Positions 24,601 to 37,663 of a DNA stretch of 64,000 bases are shown piece by piece. Position numbers and translations under genes: made by a program. The DNA is from Octopus bimaculoides (taxonomy: Eukaryota), in the NCBI RefSeq assembly GCF_001194135.2, contig NC_068999.1:2366046-2430045 (forward strand). The letters are read 5' to 3'. The notes beneath the pieces were generated by a model. It did no database searches. It saw nothing but the letters and a program-made list of their open reading frames with translations, and was not told the DNA's origin. Numbering within the stretch: position 1 is the first letter of the stretch; each line of letters starts with the position of its first letter.

Positions 24601-26003
24601 AACTTCTGGGTTGTCTGGGAACGTTGTCTGGTCTTTTATAAGAATCTGCTCAAGTGTAGCTTTGTCAATCTTTAATATGAAAATAGAGAAATTATAAAAT
24701 GCTTTTAAATAAGAAAAAGAAATATCAAAATTAAAAATTCTTACAAATCAAAGTCAACAACCATTCTTGTATATCGTTAATTAGTGTTAGCATATTTAAC
24801 AAAGTGAACATCAAAAAGCTAATTAAAAGAACACAAGCTCAATAACTAATACTATTTTATTCAATTTACCAAATATGAAAGACAACTCTAGTTATAAAAA
24901 TGCTATAATTTCTAAATCTCTCTTACGGAGAGATACAGCAGCAGTACTGATTATCAATATTTATTGCCAAACTAACGTGGCAGTCCATAGAAATAGAAAG
25001 AATGCTGCTGTTAATTAGCTCTTAGAGGTGATTGCCTCTAGTTAGCTATATGACACATGAACCTGCGTCCATAAACCTTCAAACAGGGAAGGTCATCAAC
25101 TTCCCTTTGCTGGCTTGGCATCCACAGACTGGTTTCGGGGTAGTTGCCCCCTTATCAATGTGGAGCAGCCGAGTCCATCAGGGATTGCTGATGACCTTTG
25201 TTCGAAGGTTTTATTTGTTTATATATTCAGTGAAACACTTTCAAGTGACCCCTCATCACCTGGCAAAAAGTCACTCCCCCTCCCCTCAGCCAAAGAGATC
25301 TTGCTTTGCATATTACTTGGCAATCACCTTAGGGCTGGTTTCACCCAAAAACCACTCAGTACACTCTGTAAGGTGGTAGGCATTAGAGAGAGCATCTAAC
25401 CACAGACACCATGCCAAAGCAGACCCTAGAGTGTGCTGCGCTCCTCTGGTTTGCCATCTCTTGTCAAACCATCCAAACCCATGCCGACATGGAAAATGGA
25501 CATAAAATGATGGGGATACAACCCAGAGTGAGAGGGCATGTCTTACCTGGTTAATAGCATCTTCAACACTCGTTTTCTTCTTTTCTTTCACTTCTAATTC
25601 TGTTTTTTTCTTCTTTGCATTCCCATTTTTCTTGTTGTCGTTCACCTTGGGTTTCACATTGTTTGCCATCTTGCTGTTGTTAGTTTTATTATTGTTGTTG
25701 TTGTTGGTGATGTTATTGTTGGCTGCTGCCTTTGACTTTTTACTGGCCCAAAATGCTTCAAATATGGTGCTATCACTGGCTGAGTTTTCTAAAAAAAAAA
25801 GAAAAACGAAAAGAAATATAAAATAAGCACAGAAGTAGCTGTGTGGTAAGTAGCTTGCTTCCCAACCATGTGGTTCTGAGTTCAGTCCAACGGTGTGGCA
25901 CCTTAGGCAAGTATCTTCTACTATAGCCTCAGGCCAACCAAAGACTTGTGAGTGGATTTGGTAGATGGAAACTGAAAGAAGCCTATCGTGTGTGTGTGTG
26001 TGT

Positions 26004-26050
<47 letters not shown>

Positions 26051-26430
26051 CATAGAAATATGTCATGTTTTGTATTAAAAAATAATCTACAGATGTGTTC
26101 CAATTTGTTTGTTTGTTGATCAAAAGTTTTCTCCATTTTCTGATTATTTAAATTTTAAAAAACTTTTAATGTGCACAAATAAGGAGACCCTGCACAATTG
26201 AAACCTGATCTTTTTTCAGACAATCACACTCTGCACACTTCACTTCCAAGAACTGCTATAAACAATGGAAATAAGCAAGAGCAGTATAACTTGGTGTGCA
26301 TGTGTGACAGAGTTCAAGGTCAGTCTCTGCCAAGTGGGGCTTCACTGTGTATTTTAGCTACCTTATCATAGCAACAGTACCATAACTTTTTGATCAAACC
26401 TCATATAACTTCTTACACTAATATATTTTA

Positions 26431-26470
<40 letters not shown>

Positions 26471-29400
26471 CACACACACATACATATACACACACACATA
26501 CACAACCAATATAAATGCTGGTTGAGTTGACTTCAGTCATTCTTTACATCAATATGGAAGAGAGGGAGAGGATAAGAGATACAAAGAGAGTTTGAGTGCA
26601 GAATTACCTGAACAAACAAAAAAAAACAATAAGAATTAGTATATTTTGATCTCTTTATGGTAAATACACAAATATGTCAACCTCTAATTTTGATCTTAAT
26701 ATTCTTGTGTTAAATTTCTTGCATGGATTGGCATAAACTGTATCTTAGATTTAGGTCTGTCATGAACTAAAGAATTACTCGTACCAGACACAATGACTTG
26801 CAACCTTCAGTTTTGTCTCCTTAGATTCAGAGCTTGCATAAACTTGTAACTATTTTCTGTTGGTGTTCATTGATATATTACAAAAAAAAACCTAATTAAG
26901 ACGTGGTGGTCTCGTTAAAATGTCTTTTGTTTGAATGCTGGAATGTCAAGAGCTTGTCTCCTCCGTAGGTGTGTGTGATGTTTAACTTTTAATATTCACT
27001 TTTGATGTTACAGGAAACAAAAATAGTTTGGTGTGGAATTTTTCTCAGAATGAAAAACTGAACTCTCCAGGGTTATTTGAAATATGTGTATGAAATTCCT
27101 GTCAAATTCCACTCGGTTGTCATAGGAACAAGGGAATTCCAGTTGTGACGACCACATATTTTCACAAAGACTTTAGTGTGTCTCGAATTAAAAGTTTATC
27201 ATCACGTGGAATGAATTACTTTGCCATGGGGGACAGGACTCTTCTGAACTGAACAGATTGTTGTTTGGGGAGGAAAAGATTCCGACCAAAATGTTAAACT
27301 TCTGCTCACAGTAAAATAATTAATGATAATAATAATAATAGCTTCTACTAAAGACACAAGACCTGAAATTTTGGGGGAGGGGACTAGTCAATTACATCAA
27401 CCCTAGCACATAACTGGTACTTAATTTACTGACCCCCAAAAGGATAAAAGGCAAGAGCTTGGCAGAATTTGAACCCAGAATGTAAAGATGAACGAAATAT
27501 TGCTAAACATTTTGCCAGGTGTGGTAAAGATTCTGTCAGCTCATCACATAACACAATTTTGGCACAAGGCCAGCAATTTTAGGGGAGGGGTAAGTTGATT
27601 ACATCAATTCCAGTGTCCAGCTGGTACTTATTGTATTGACCCTGAAAGGATGAACAACATAGTTGACCTTGGCAGTGTTTGAACTAAGAACATAAAGAGC
27701 AGGAAGAAATGGCAGTAGGCATTTTGTTCAACACACTGACAATTTTGCCAGCTGACTACCTTAATGAGAACATTCCACCCAGGTGAGCTCGAGAAAACAG
27801 ATGCAAAACAGTAAAAATACAGAGATGATGATGATGATGATGATGATGATAGGATTTGGGATGGAGAAGGTGGTAGAGAAGGGAAGGGTGAGGTGGGACA
27901 GAATTAAACCCAAAATAAGAGGATTTCTAAGAGGATTGTAGAAAATTATCCGGCAAATGCTTTTATCAATTCTGTTGGTGTGTTGCTAAAGCAGAGAGGG
28001 CCTTCTGTGTTAAAAACAGTTTTTAAAACAAAACTTAGTTCTTGTTTAAATTTAATGACAATTACTAATAATTTGGCACAAGTTTAGAAATTTGAGGTGA
28101 AGAAGTACATTTTGGTGACACAACTAGTTTCAGGATGAATACCACAGCACAACATAAAAGGGGGTCACAGTGCTGTATTTTTTAGCATTTGACTAGTACT
28201 TTATTTCATCAACCCTGAAAGGATAAAAGATAAAGATGACCTCAGCAGAATTTGAACTCAAAACAATGACCTGAAAGAAATGCTGTGCACCAGCATGGCC
28301 ACAGATCTGAGCTGAAACCATAGAAAAAAAAAGAAAAAAAAAGAAAGTATTTTGTCCGATGTACCAACAGTTCTGTCAGCTTACCTTTCTATTATAAGCA
28401 CGGGACCTGAAATTTGTGGGGAAGGGGCTAGCTGATTTCATTGATCTCAGAACTTGACTGATACTTATTTTAGCACCCCTGGATGAAAGGCAAAGTCAAC
28501 CTTGGCAAAATTTGAACTCAGAACATAAGGCTGCAAAAAATGCCATTTAGCATTTTGTTTGGCAAGCTGGCAACTCTGCCAGCTCACTGCCCTTTTAAGA
28601 AGAAGAATAATTCTTTCTTCTATAGACACAAGGCCCGAGATTCTGAAGACAGGGGCTAATCAATTACATTAACCCCAGTGCTTGACTGGTACTTACTTCA
28701 TCGGCCACAAAAGGATAACAAGCAAAGTTGACCTTGGTGGGATTTGAACTCAATAATGATATATAATAATTTAAGGAGGTGTTGAATACTGTAGTCCAAG
28801 ATACACTATTCCTGACACGAAAAAGACCGGATGATCACGGAGGTAGAACTGTTGGTTATGGTTCTGCTCTAACAGACCTGACCGAGGATTAAACAAGAAC
28901 GCTTTAATAACGATTTCGTTTTTTGATAATAATGATTAATTGATTTCTAATATTAGGCCAAGGCCACACATGTTTAGCAAAAGCAAGTCATTAAATGGAT
29001 CCCATTTAATGACTCCATATTCAGTTGAACAACACGGAAGGACAAAAGCTGAAACAATCTGTGCAAGGTTTGAACTCGGACTACAGTCTACCACAAACTC
29101 CTTTTAAATTATGTCCTTTCCTTTAAAGTTGGGTAGGGTGTGATTTGAGGAGGATTTGCTCTCAATTTCTAGCAGATTGAATGTGAACACATTGAAGCCT
29201 TCCTGACAAACAGACAAGTATTTGTTTAACTTGCTTATGATTTCAAATGGCATTAGATACGTATAACTTAAGAGTTGGATTGTCATAGCTAAGCTGACTC
29301 ATCTATATATATATGTGTGTGGACTTCAGGACCAGGCTGTGTGTTATGTTCTTGAGCAAGACACTTTATTTCTTGTTGCTCCAGTTCACTCAGCCGTAGA

Positions 29401-30771
29401 AATGGGTTGTGACGTCACTGGTGCCAAGCTGTATCGGCCTTTGCCTTTCCACATTGTGCCCAGAGTGGGAGTTTATCATTTTTGGAAGTCCCCCACCCAC
29501 AGATATTTAAAATACTTATTTTCTGGTTCTCTAAACGCAAGTGATTACAAAGCAAAAACCCCAAGTTTAAAATAATGTATGGTTCAATTTCCATAGTTTT
29601 TTAAAATCAGCCAATTTAACGAAATTTACGTTTTTTTTTTTTTTTTTAGTATCATAGGATTGAACATATTTTCTTTCAAGAAAAAGATTTTTAACCTGTT
29701 TGAACTTAGAAGCATTTCTTATTGTCTTTCCGTCAAGCTACAGCCTAGAATGCAGAGGCCAACATAAATCTGAGAAATTTGAGAAAATAGGGGATGTATG
29801 AAAAATATCCAAATTTTGGTAAAACCCCCTCAAACTCAATTTTTTTTTAAATGGCAAATTTCGACATATTAAGGGCTAACATATTTGACATCCTCAACAT
29901 TTTATGTNNNNNNNNNNGATGTATGAAAAATATCCAAATTTTGGTAAAACCCCCTCAAACTCAATTTTTTTTTAAATGGCAAATTTCGACATATTAAGGG
30001 CTAACATATTTGACATCCTCAACATTTTATGTAAACTGGAAAAAAGTCAGTTCAAAGGGGTTAGTAGCAAAATCTTAAGGCCAACCAGCACATAACCCTC
30101 TCTCAACACACATATAAGGAATCTAATAGTTTTATGACCTACTTGCTTGGTAGCAGGTCAAGAAGACACTCACAAGAGAGAGAGAGAGAGAGAGAGAGAT
30201 AGAGGGTGGTGGGGTGAGATATAGATTTTGAAATTGGAGCATCAGGCCACAGGCCTAACTATATCAAGGTTCCGTAGTGTTGAGAGTGAATAATGAACAG
30301 ACACAAAAGAAGTCTTAACAAAAGGCATAGTGTGTCAGCTAGAGTTAATTATTATTTACTGAGCAAGGGTAGTGGTAGAGGTGTATATAAGTACATGCCG
30401 GTGAATATTGGCATGTATATATATGTACAGTAGATGAGGTCTATGTAGGTGTGTGTGTGTATGGTATAAGATGTGTCTGTGTGTGTGAGGGTGCTGATAC
30501 ATATATATGTCGTGTATGAGGTCTGTGTGTGTGTGTGTGTACACAGTATAAGATGTGTGGGTAGATGTATGTATGTATGTAAAACGTGTGTACATGTCAA
30601 TTGTGTAAGACTGTGTGCGTGTGTGTATGATATAAAATGTAAGGTATGTGTGGTGCAAGATGTATGCATCGTGTGTACATATATATGGTGTAAAATGCGC
30701 ATATGTGTAAGTTTAAGATGTGCATGCACAGAAGATGCATATATATATATATAACTATACATACATGCACA

Positions 30772-30816
<45 letters not shown>

Positions 30817-32045
30817 CACACATTTGTATGTACAGCACAATGGTAAGGAGTATACATACAGTATGCATACACACACACACACACTGTGCATAGTGTAAGA
30901 GGAGCATATGCCACACATATACACACACACACATGTATTTTAACTCTACATTCAATATTCTACACACTCCCACAAATGCATTCACACCAACCAGTTCCAA
31001 AAGATAGGATGAAATAAAAGCATACAAGAAAGACTTATGCGTGTGACTCTTGCATGTGTGCATTTGTTTCTATAAAAGCTAATCAGTGATCTAATATAAC
31101 TCACCTGGGTGGGCAGACAACGATTAATTAACAATCTTCACAAGAGCTGACAGATTAGTAAATGTTGAAAATTACTATTTTTCTCCCACCCCACCACTTC
31201 CTATCTTTTTTTTTTACATCATTAATCTGGGTAATATTGAGGTATTAGATTCGTCTGGTTGTCTAGATCAATAGTGTGTGTGTGTGTGAGAGAATGAAAT
31301 TGTGTGTGCGTGTGTGAGAATGCATGTGTGTGTGTGGGAATGTGAGTGAGAATGAGCATGTGATAATGCATGTGTGAGCAAGAATGTGTGTGTGTGTGTG
31401 TGAGAATGTGTGTGTGTACATGAGAATGCGTGTGTGTTTGTGAGAATGCGTGTGAAAATGCATGTGACAATGTGTGCATGTGTGTGAGAATGCATGTGAC
31501 AATGCGTGCATGTGAGGATGCATGTGAATGAGAATGCATGTGTGTGCATGTGAGAATGCACAAACGTATGTATGTGAGAATGCATGCATGTCTAGATAGA
31601 TGTGTGCGGGTTTAGATTGATGTGCGTATGTGTATGCATATTTTCTGAGTGTTCACTTCTCAATTTAATTACAAGATTATTCATTAATTCATTTTAACGT
31701 CTGTTTTTCCATGCTAGTATGGGTTAGACAAATATGTCATTCATTTTACAGTTGGATGCCCTTCCTGTCACTAACCTTTACCCAATTTTTCAACTAAGGG
31801 ACCTTTTATTTTACAAGATACACAAGGCACAAAAGCAATGGATGACTTGTTGAAAAGAGAACTGATAACAACATGACCACCATGTTGTTATCACAACTTC
31901 TGTAGAGCAAGATGGGCTTCTTTCAGTTTCCATCTACCAAATCCACTCTAAAGACTATGGTCACTACAGGACTTATAGAAGACATTTGCTTATATGCATA
32001 AATATAATACATATGTGTGTACACACGTATATACAAATACACACC

Positions 32046-32103
<58 letters not shown>

Positions 32104-35100
32104 TTTTCACTAATGAGTATGCATCAATTAGTGTGCTGGTATGTTGAGTAAAGCACTAGCATAGTTTGGGCTACCTGATGTCATCTGCAGTCTGAGTATA
32201 TTTCCTTTGGATCTACTTCAGGAATTCTGCAGTGTTAATTAAGATAATTAAGTAAACAGAAGATGGAATTGGTATAACTCTTTGTTTTGTACAATGATCA
32301 TTTCAATCCATCTTGCAACTGTCCTAGGACATTAAGAAGGGCGTCCAAGCCATAGAAACCATGCTAAAGCAGTCACTGGTGTATGGTGCAGCCCTTCATC
32401 TCTGAAGATCCTGTTAAACCATCAAACCAATACCAGCATAGAACCCAAAACTCTGTGATTAGGAAACAAACCTCTTACTACAGAGCCATGCTCCATCTAG
32501 AGTGTTTGTATAATAATGGGGAACCACAACACAAAGTTATAACAGACAACTGAAGGTTCCTAGAAGTGGATTACCCTGTTCTTTATAAATTATGCCCTCA
32601 GTATATTTAACTAATTAAATTATTTACTGTGGTGGACTTAATTATAGCAATACAAACATCTCAGTACTTGACTGCATGTATATTATTTTAACCCAATAAC
32701 AACCAAAGGCAAAATTAACAGACAATTGCTATAATAGTCACGAGGCCATACACTTTTAGGAATGGTATATAGTGTAGATTATAACAATCCCAGGTTTTTT
32801 CTCTTGACTTCAGCAGGATTTGAATTTGGAACATAAAAGGATATAACAACACAAAGGCATTTTCTTTGTCAATTTACTAATTCTACTAATGATCAGTCAA
32901 AATGGTTGCTAATTGAGGGGAAAGGCCCAGTTGATGATATTCAAAAATAATTACAAAAATAGCCACTACACAATCTTTTAGCATTCAGATTACTTCGTTA
33001 AATATAATGCTTATTTATTCTCATTGTTTTGAACTAATAATGTATTATCTTGTAGCTTCGAGATTTGGATAATGTGATTGTTTATTTCAAGAATGACATT
33101 GTAGGGCAGGTGTGAAAGGCTGTATCTGGCCAGTTTGAACATAAAATAGATAGAATATCTGGGCTGGATAGCCAGAAGGCTGTACCAGGCTCCAATCCGA
33201 TCTGGCAAAGTTTCTACAGCTGGATGCCCTTCCTAACACCAACCACTCCTAGAGTGTAATGGGTGCTTTTTACGTGCCACCAGCACGAGGGCTAGTCAGG
33301 TGGTACTGGCATCAACCACGCTTGAATGGTGCTTTTTACATATCACCAGCATAGAAGCCAGTCAGGCACATGCCACCGACACAGAACCAGTCAGCCGGCA
33401 CTGGTATCAACCACACTCGAATGGTGTTTTTAATGTGCCACTAGCACAGGACCAGTCAGGTGGTACTGTCATCGATCACTAGGTACAAAACTTGAAATTT
33501 GGGGGAGGGGGCTAGTCTATTACATTGAGTCCAGTGCATAACTGGTACATATTTCACCAACTCCAAAAAGATGAAAAACAAAGTCAACCTCAGCATTTTG
33601 TCTGGCATGTTAACGATTCTGCCAGCTTCATATAATACGGGTTTCAAATTTTGGCACAAGGCCAGCAATTTCGGGGGAGAGAGGAAGTAGATTACACTTA
33701 CCCCAATGCTCAACTGGCACTTATTTTATCAATCCCAGAAGGATGAAAGATGAAGTTGATAATGATAGTGTAGTGAATTGGCAGACCTGTAGAGCAGTGA
33801 AGAAACTGCCTTGAAAATTTAGTTATGGAGCTTAAGGTTTCAAGTTCAAATCCAGCAAAGGTCAACTTTGCCAACAATTCTTTTAGGGTTGATAAAATCA
33901 CTAGCATAGCTGGGGGGAGGTAGAGGAGGTCCGCACTTTTAATGGGGCACCACTTTTGGGTCTGCTGTAGGCAATGTGTTTTTTGTGGGGTCCGGGGACG
34001 GTAAACGGAAGGGCCACCCCGGGTGGCACACACTCTAGCTACGCTAGTGGATAAAATATATTACTAGCCATGGATGGTGGAAATCAAAAGTAAATAACAA
34101 AAAAAAATTTTTTTTAATTAAAAATTTGAAAAGGAGAGGGGTAAAATGTAAATGTAGTCATCTAAAATGCAGAACAAACATACAAATTGAAGCTTTTAGA
34201 AATAGCAGCCAAACATCCTCCAAATAGCTACCCGTCAATTAAAAAGAATATTGAGTCCTGGATATACGAAAAGACGAAATGGTCATGGGCGGAAGGCTTT
34301 TGATCATAGGTTACTTATTCAGAGCTGGCCTGGGGTTAAACAACAACCACCCTAATGAAGATTTATACAGATGGGGAAACAGTGACATTACACATCATGT
34401 ATCTATTAAAGCAACTGAAAAGCTTCGACATATGTTTGTGTGTGATTTGGGCGCTTTTCATTCCATTAATAAATTAATTCAATGTATAAAAATATCTATC
34501 TATGCACACGTGTGATGTGTGTGTAATTCTATTGTAAAAGCCTACGCAGTTTTACCAGTTTGAATAAGCCAGCATTAATGAGAGGCGAAGTCTCAGCAAA
34601 ATCCGTAACTTAGTACATGTATTCAATCAGTTGTTCATTTCTTTTTTTCGTGTGTTTAAAAACAAATCACTTTCAACACAGACACACCGAGTACATACCT
34701 ACATATACACATGTGTGTGTGTATATACATATATATATATACATACATATATATATATGAATGAGAGACAGAGACGAGAGATAAAGTTTGTGGGGAGTGC
34801 TTGTTATTCAGAGATAACAGCTGTTGGAATGATGACGTTGCACATGCGAGCGAGAGAGGAAGGAGGGGAGAGAGAGGGAGAGGGTTGAAAGAACGACATG
34901 CTTTCGACATGATTTTGTTGTTTTTTTCTTTGCACCATTACATATTGTCATCAATATATGTGCATACATATTGATGAGAGAAAGAGAACTGCGTTGTGCA
35001 ATATCTTATGCAAAACAACCATTTGAAAAAATAGATAAATAGCAAAAGACAATTGGTCTTATCAAACAGTACAAATATCAGTTTCCGAAACGTGTCAATG

Positions 35101-36074
35101 TTTTCTGACAGAAGCAAGAATACAACACATTATTTGCGGTGAAGAATTTAGTTTATTAAATATTTAATAGAGATTAATAACATGGTGTTTGCCACAAACA
35201 CAATGAGACAGTGTGTGTGTGTTGTTCGCCGATTGCCATAAAAGTGCTAACCATTTCATTTGTACGAATTCATCATGGATATGGGTGTGTGTGTGTGCGA
35301 CTGTCCATGTGTGTGTGGTTTGTTTTATGGGAACATAGTCTCGTTCGACATGGGTGGAATGCGTGTATGAAATTCATACCTTTTTCTATTTAACCACCCT
35401 TGAAGAAGAATTAAAGGAAACATGACCTTCCTCACATCATCTGGGAGGAAACGACACACAAGGGACGGAGGGGACAGTCATGCCATTCCTGTCTCTGGAA
35501 GCTGACACTTTTATATTCGTTATTCTAATCTTTAAAGAACCACACAGACAGACATACAGCAATAGTGTGCTGGCATCACCATCTATTTTTGTCTAGACTT
35601 GTTCCTTGAGAAACAGTTTTTTTTTCTCTTGGATTAATAGATAAGAATTCTGGTGGTAATGGCTATGATGATAAATCGGGAACGAAAGCCTTCGAGGTTT
35701 GTTAAAGGAGGGCGAAAGCAGACATATCAGATTGTCTAACATGCATGCTTCGTTTTTGCTTTTGCTTGTCTAAAAAACACTGGAGTAACAGCAAACCCGA
35801 ACCAAACTGTGGGCTTACTTCTTGCAAACCAAGCAAGCTTACACCCTATGTATAATAATTGCTGGTTGAATTTGTCTTTGAACTATTAAAATTGATAAAA
35901 CCATTATGTAATATCAGAAAATTAATCTCTCTCTCTCTCTATGTATATACAAATGGTTACATACAACTGAAACACTGTGTAAACCTTATCACCGATTAAA
36001 AAAGAAAAAACAATTTGATGATAACGATAGATACGAATGTATATATATATACACACATACACGTATGCATATGT

Positions 36075-36112
<38 letters not shown>

Positions 36113-36793
36113 NNNNNNNNNNNNNNNNNNNNNNNNNNNNNNNNNNNNNNNNNNNNNNNNNNNNNNNNNNNNNNNNNNNNNNNNNNNNNNNNNNNNNNNN
36201 NNNNNNNNNNNNNNNNNNNNNNNNNNNNNNNNNNNNNNNNNNNNNNNNNNNNNNNNNNNNNNNNNNNNNNNNNNNNNNNNNNNNNNNNNNNNNNNNNNNN
36301 NNNNNNNNNNNNNNNNNNNNNNNNNNNNNNNNNNNNNNNNNNNNNNNNNNNNNNNNNNNNNNNNNNNNNNNNNNNNNNNNNNNNNNNNNNNNNNNNNNNN
36401 NNNNNNNNNNNNNNNNNNNNNNNNNNNNNNNNNNNNNNNNNNNNNNNNNNNNNNNNNNNNNNNNNNNNNNNNNNNNNNNNNNNNNNNNNNNNNNNNNNNN
36501 NNNNNNNNNNNNNNNNNNNNNNNNNNNNNNNNNNNNNNNNNNNNNNNNNNNNNNNNNNNNNNNNNNNNNNNNNNNNNNNNNNNNNNNNNNNNNNNNNNNN
36601 NNNNNNNNNNNNNNNNNNNNNNNNNNNNNNNNNNNNNNNNTTTTTTTTTTTTTTGTAAAACCTTACCTTTTGGCTGTAGTTTCGGCATCCGTTCTAATAA
36701 AGCTTTTTTCTGAGATTTGGTCAGCACTTCGTTCTTGCTTTTCTTGCTCTTGCTACCCTTTACAACCTCCCACGAACCCGCTGATGTAGCCAT
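16315..36793 (-). CDS. TMEM214: Transmembrane protein 214, 16 coding exons, 693 aa
   Basis: complement(join(36667-36793,25547-25788,24516-24669,23474-23605,23005-23087,22151-22256,21403-21490,20902-21043,19965-20066,19686-19777,18960-19110,18115-18232,17794-17890,17497-17665,16762-16913,16315-16441)). All introns are GT-AG, phases are consistent, total 2082 nt. Family motifs include MATSAGSWEVVKG, VWLKDLSSYLN, YGYRIFIQ, ELLKSHQNRP..C..ILWALGQAGF, FFPSYL, LWQQMYPKHLKQS, and an FPWSHVVLLIISCLVSLFFIDV hydrophobic segment. Confidence 0.96.
18632..18816. mobile_element. Mariner-type MITE remnant in TMEM214 intron 11
   Basis: Starts TACGAGGGTGAGTTGAAAAG (mariner-like TIR) and ends AAACTTTTCAGCCAATTCTTGCATA, a degenerate inverted match, in TA context. 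Confidence 0.55.
24010..24467 (-). mobile_element. Two tandem copies of the GAGCTGGCAGAA-type tRNA-derived SINE
   Basis: Each copy has CTGGTACTTAATTTA.(T)GACC..GAAAGGATGAAA.GCAAAGT..ACCT.GGCGGAATTTGAACTCAGAA; both are in the same orientation, separated by (AAC)n(AAT)n. Confidence 0.8.
25828..25992 (+). mobile_element. tRNA-derived SINE (TAGCTGTGTGGTAAGTAGCTTGCTT...GGAAACTGAAAGAAGCC family). Other copies near 31915-31990 (-), 54428-54582 (-) and 63860-63990 (-)
   Basis: A-box/B-box-like head (GTGTGGTAAG...GAGTTCAGTCC), conserved body ACTATAGCCTC.GGCC.ACCAAAG.CTTGTGAGTGGATTTGGTAGA, and a (GT)n/(AT)n tail. Confidence 0.8.
27335..28752 (-). mobile_element. Cluster of about five co-oriented GAGCTGGCAGAA-type SINE copies in TMEM214 intron 1
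   Basis: The core GAAATT..GGGGAGGGG...CTGGTACTTA...GAAAGGAT.AA.GGCAAAGT.GACCTTGG...ATTTGAAC recurs at about 27335, 27557, 28070, 28395 and 28620. Confidence 0.75.
30350..30930. repeat. Compound (GT)/(TA)/(CA) low-complexity microsatellite region
   Basis: Visible dinucleotide mosaic; it produces the spurious HT/YI/CV ORFs in the ORF track. Confidence 0.85.
31270..31590. repeat. Minisatellite derived from (GT)n with recurring GAGAATG(C) units
   Basis: Many degenerate TGTGAGAATG(CATG) units in tandem. Confidence 0.85.
33899..34049. mobile_element. 151-bp hAT-type MITE with 8-bp TSD, inserted in a SINE
   Basis: TIRs CACTAGCATAGCTGG and CTAGCTACGCTAGTG; identical flanks GATAAAAT at 33891-33898 and 34050-34057. 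Confidence 0.85.
36113..36640. other. Assembly gap (others at 29908-29917, 48970-49517, 61003-61097, 62988-63295)
   Basis: Runs of N. Confidence 1.
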
Positions 36794-37397
36794 CTTTGAT
36801 GGGGAAGATGTTTTGTTGATGAATGTTCACGCTACGTTTAACGTTTACCTTACGCTACTGACCTCGCGATACGGGCTGCAGAACAGACGGGCGACAGTGA
36901 ACTATAGGCCGAGTGAGAGGGAGAGAAAGAGTATGAGAGGGGTAGTTTGAAAGTTGAAGTGGGAGATGGAAGATAGAGAGAAAGAGAGAGTGAGTGAGTA
37001 TTAACAGGAGATGGAAGGAGGCAGCTATGTTAGGAGTAAGAATAAAGAAAGATAGATTAACAGATGGAGAGAGAGAGAGAAAGAAATATAGAGATGGCAA
37101 GTGGAAGTGAGAGCTAAGTTAAAAGTGGGAGAAGTGAAAGAGAAAAGTAAATGATAAACGATAAAGAAAGAGAGAGTATAAGGGGGAGAGGTGAAAGTAA
37201 GAGTTGCAGTCAGAGAGAAAGTTAGTAATAAAAAATGGAGAGTTAGTAAAAGAGAGAGAATAAAGAATGTGTTTATGTGGAAGAAGGGGAGTGGAAATGT
37301 GGGAGTGAGAGTGGAAGTGAGATTATGTGAGAGACATATATATTTTTGGACAAGGTGTGTATTACAAGGGAAAAGAGAGAGTGAGAGTGGAGGAGGG

Positions 37398-37663
37398 ACC
37401 GGAAGTGAGAGATAAAGAAAGCTATTATTAGAGAGAATGAACGATGTGTGTGAGAAATAGACATTGAAAAAGAGAGGGAGAGCCGGGAATAAGGAAAAAG
37501 AGAGGGTATGATAGATTGGGAGGAAAAGTGACCGGCATTACTACAAAGCTAGAGAGAGAGAGAGAGAGTAAAAAGTTAGTATGAGTAGGGGTAAAAGTGA
37601 GAATTAGACTTAAACAAGGAGGGGGAAGTGGGTAACACTCGGGGAGAAGTTTTGTGACGTCAC
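37398..37663. promoter_or_regulatory. ETS-type (ACCGGAAGTG) and CRE-type (GTGACGTCAC) motifs upstream of TMEM214
   Basis: Exact consensus matches at 37398-37407 and 37654-37663, 0.6-0.9 kb upstream of the TMEM214 ATG. Function is not shown. Confidence 0.35.

Noticed and set aside
25032-25399. Two + strand ORFs inside TMEM214 intron 2
   Set aside because: No family motifs or credible splice or start context, and the 3' part runs into a repeat.
24010-28752. CRISPR-like repeat-spacer array
   Set aside because: The repeats are about 200-bp diverged SINE copies at irregular spacing in a eukaryotic intron, and there are no cas genes.
29793-30032. 115-bp direct duplication
   Set aside because: The two near-identical copies flank a 10-N gap exactly, typical of an unmerged contig overlap.
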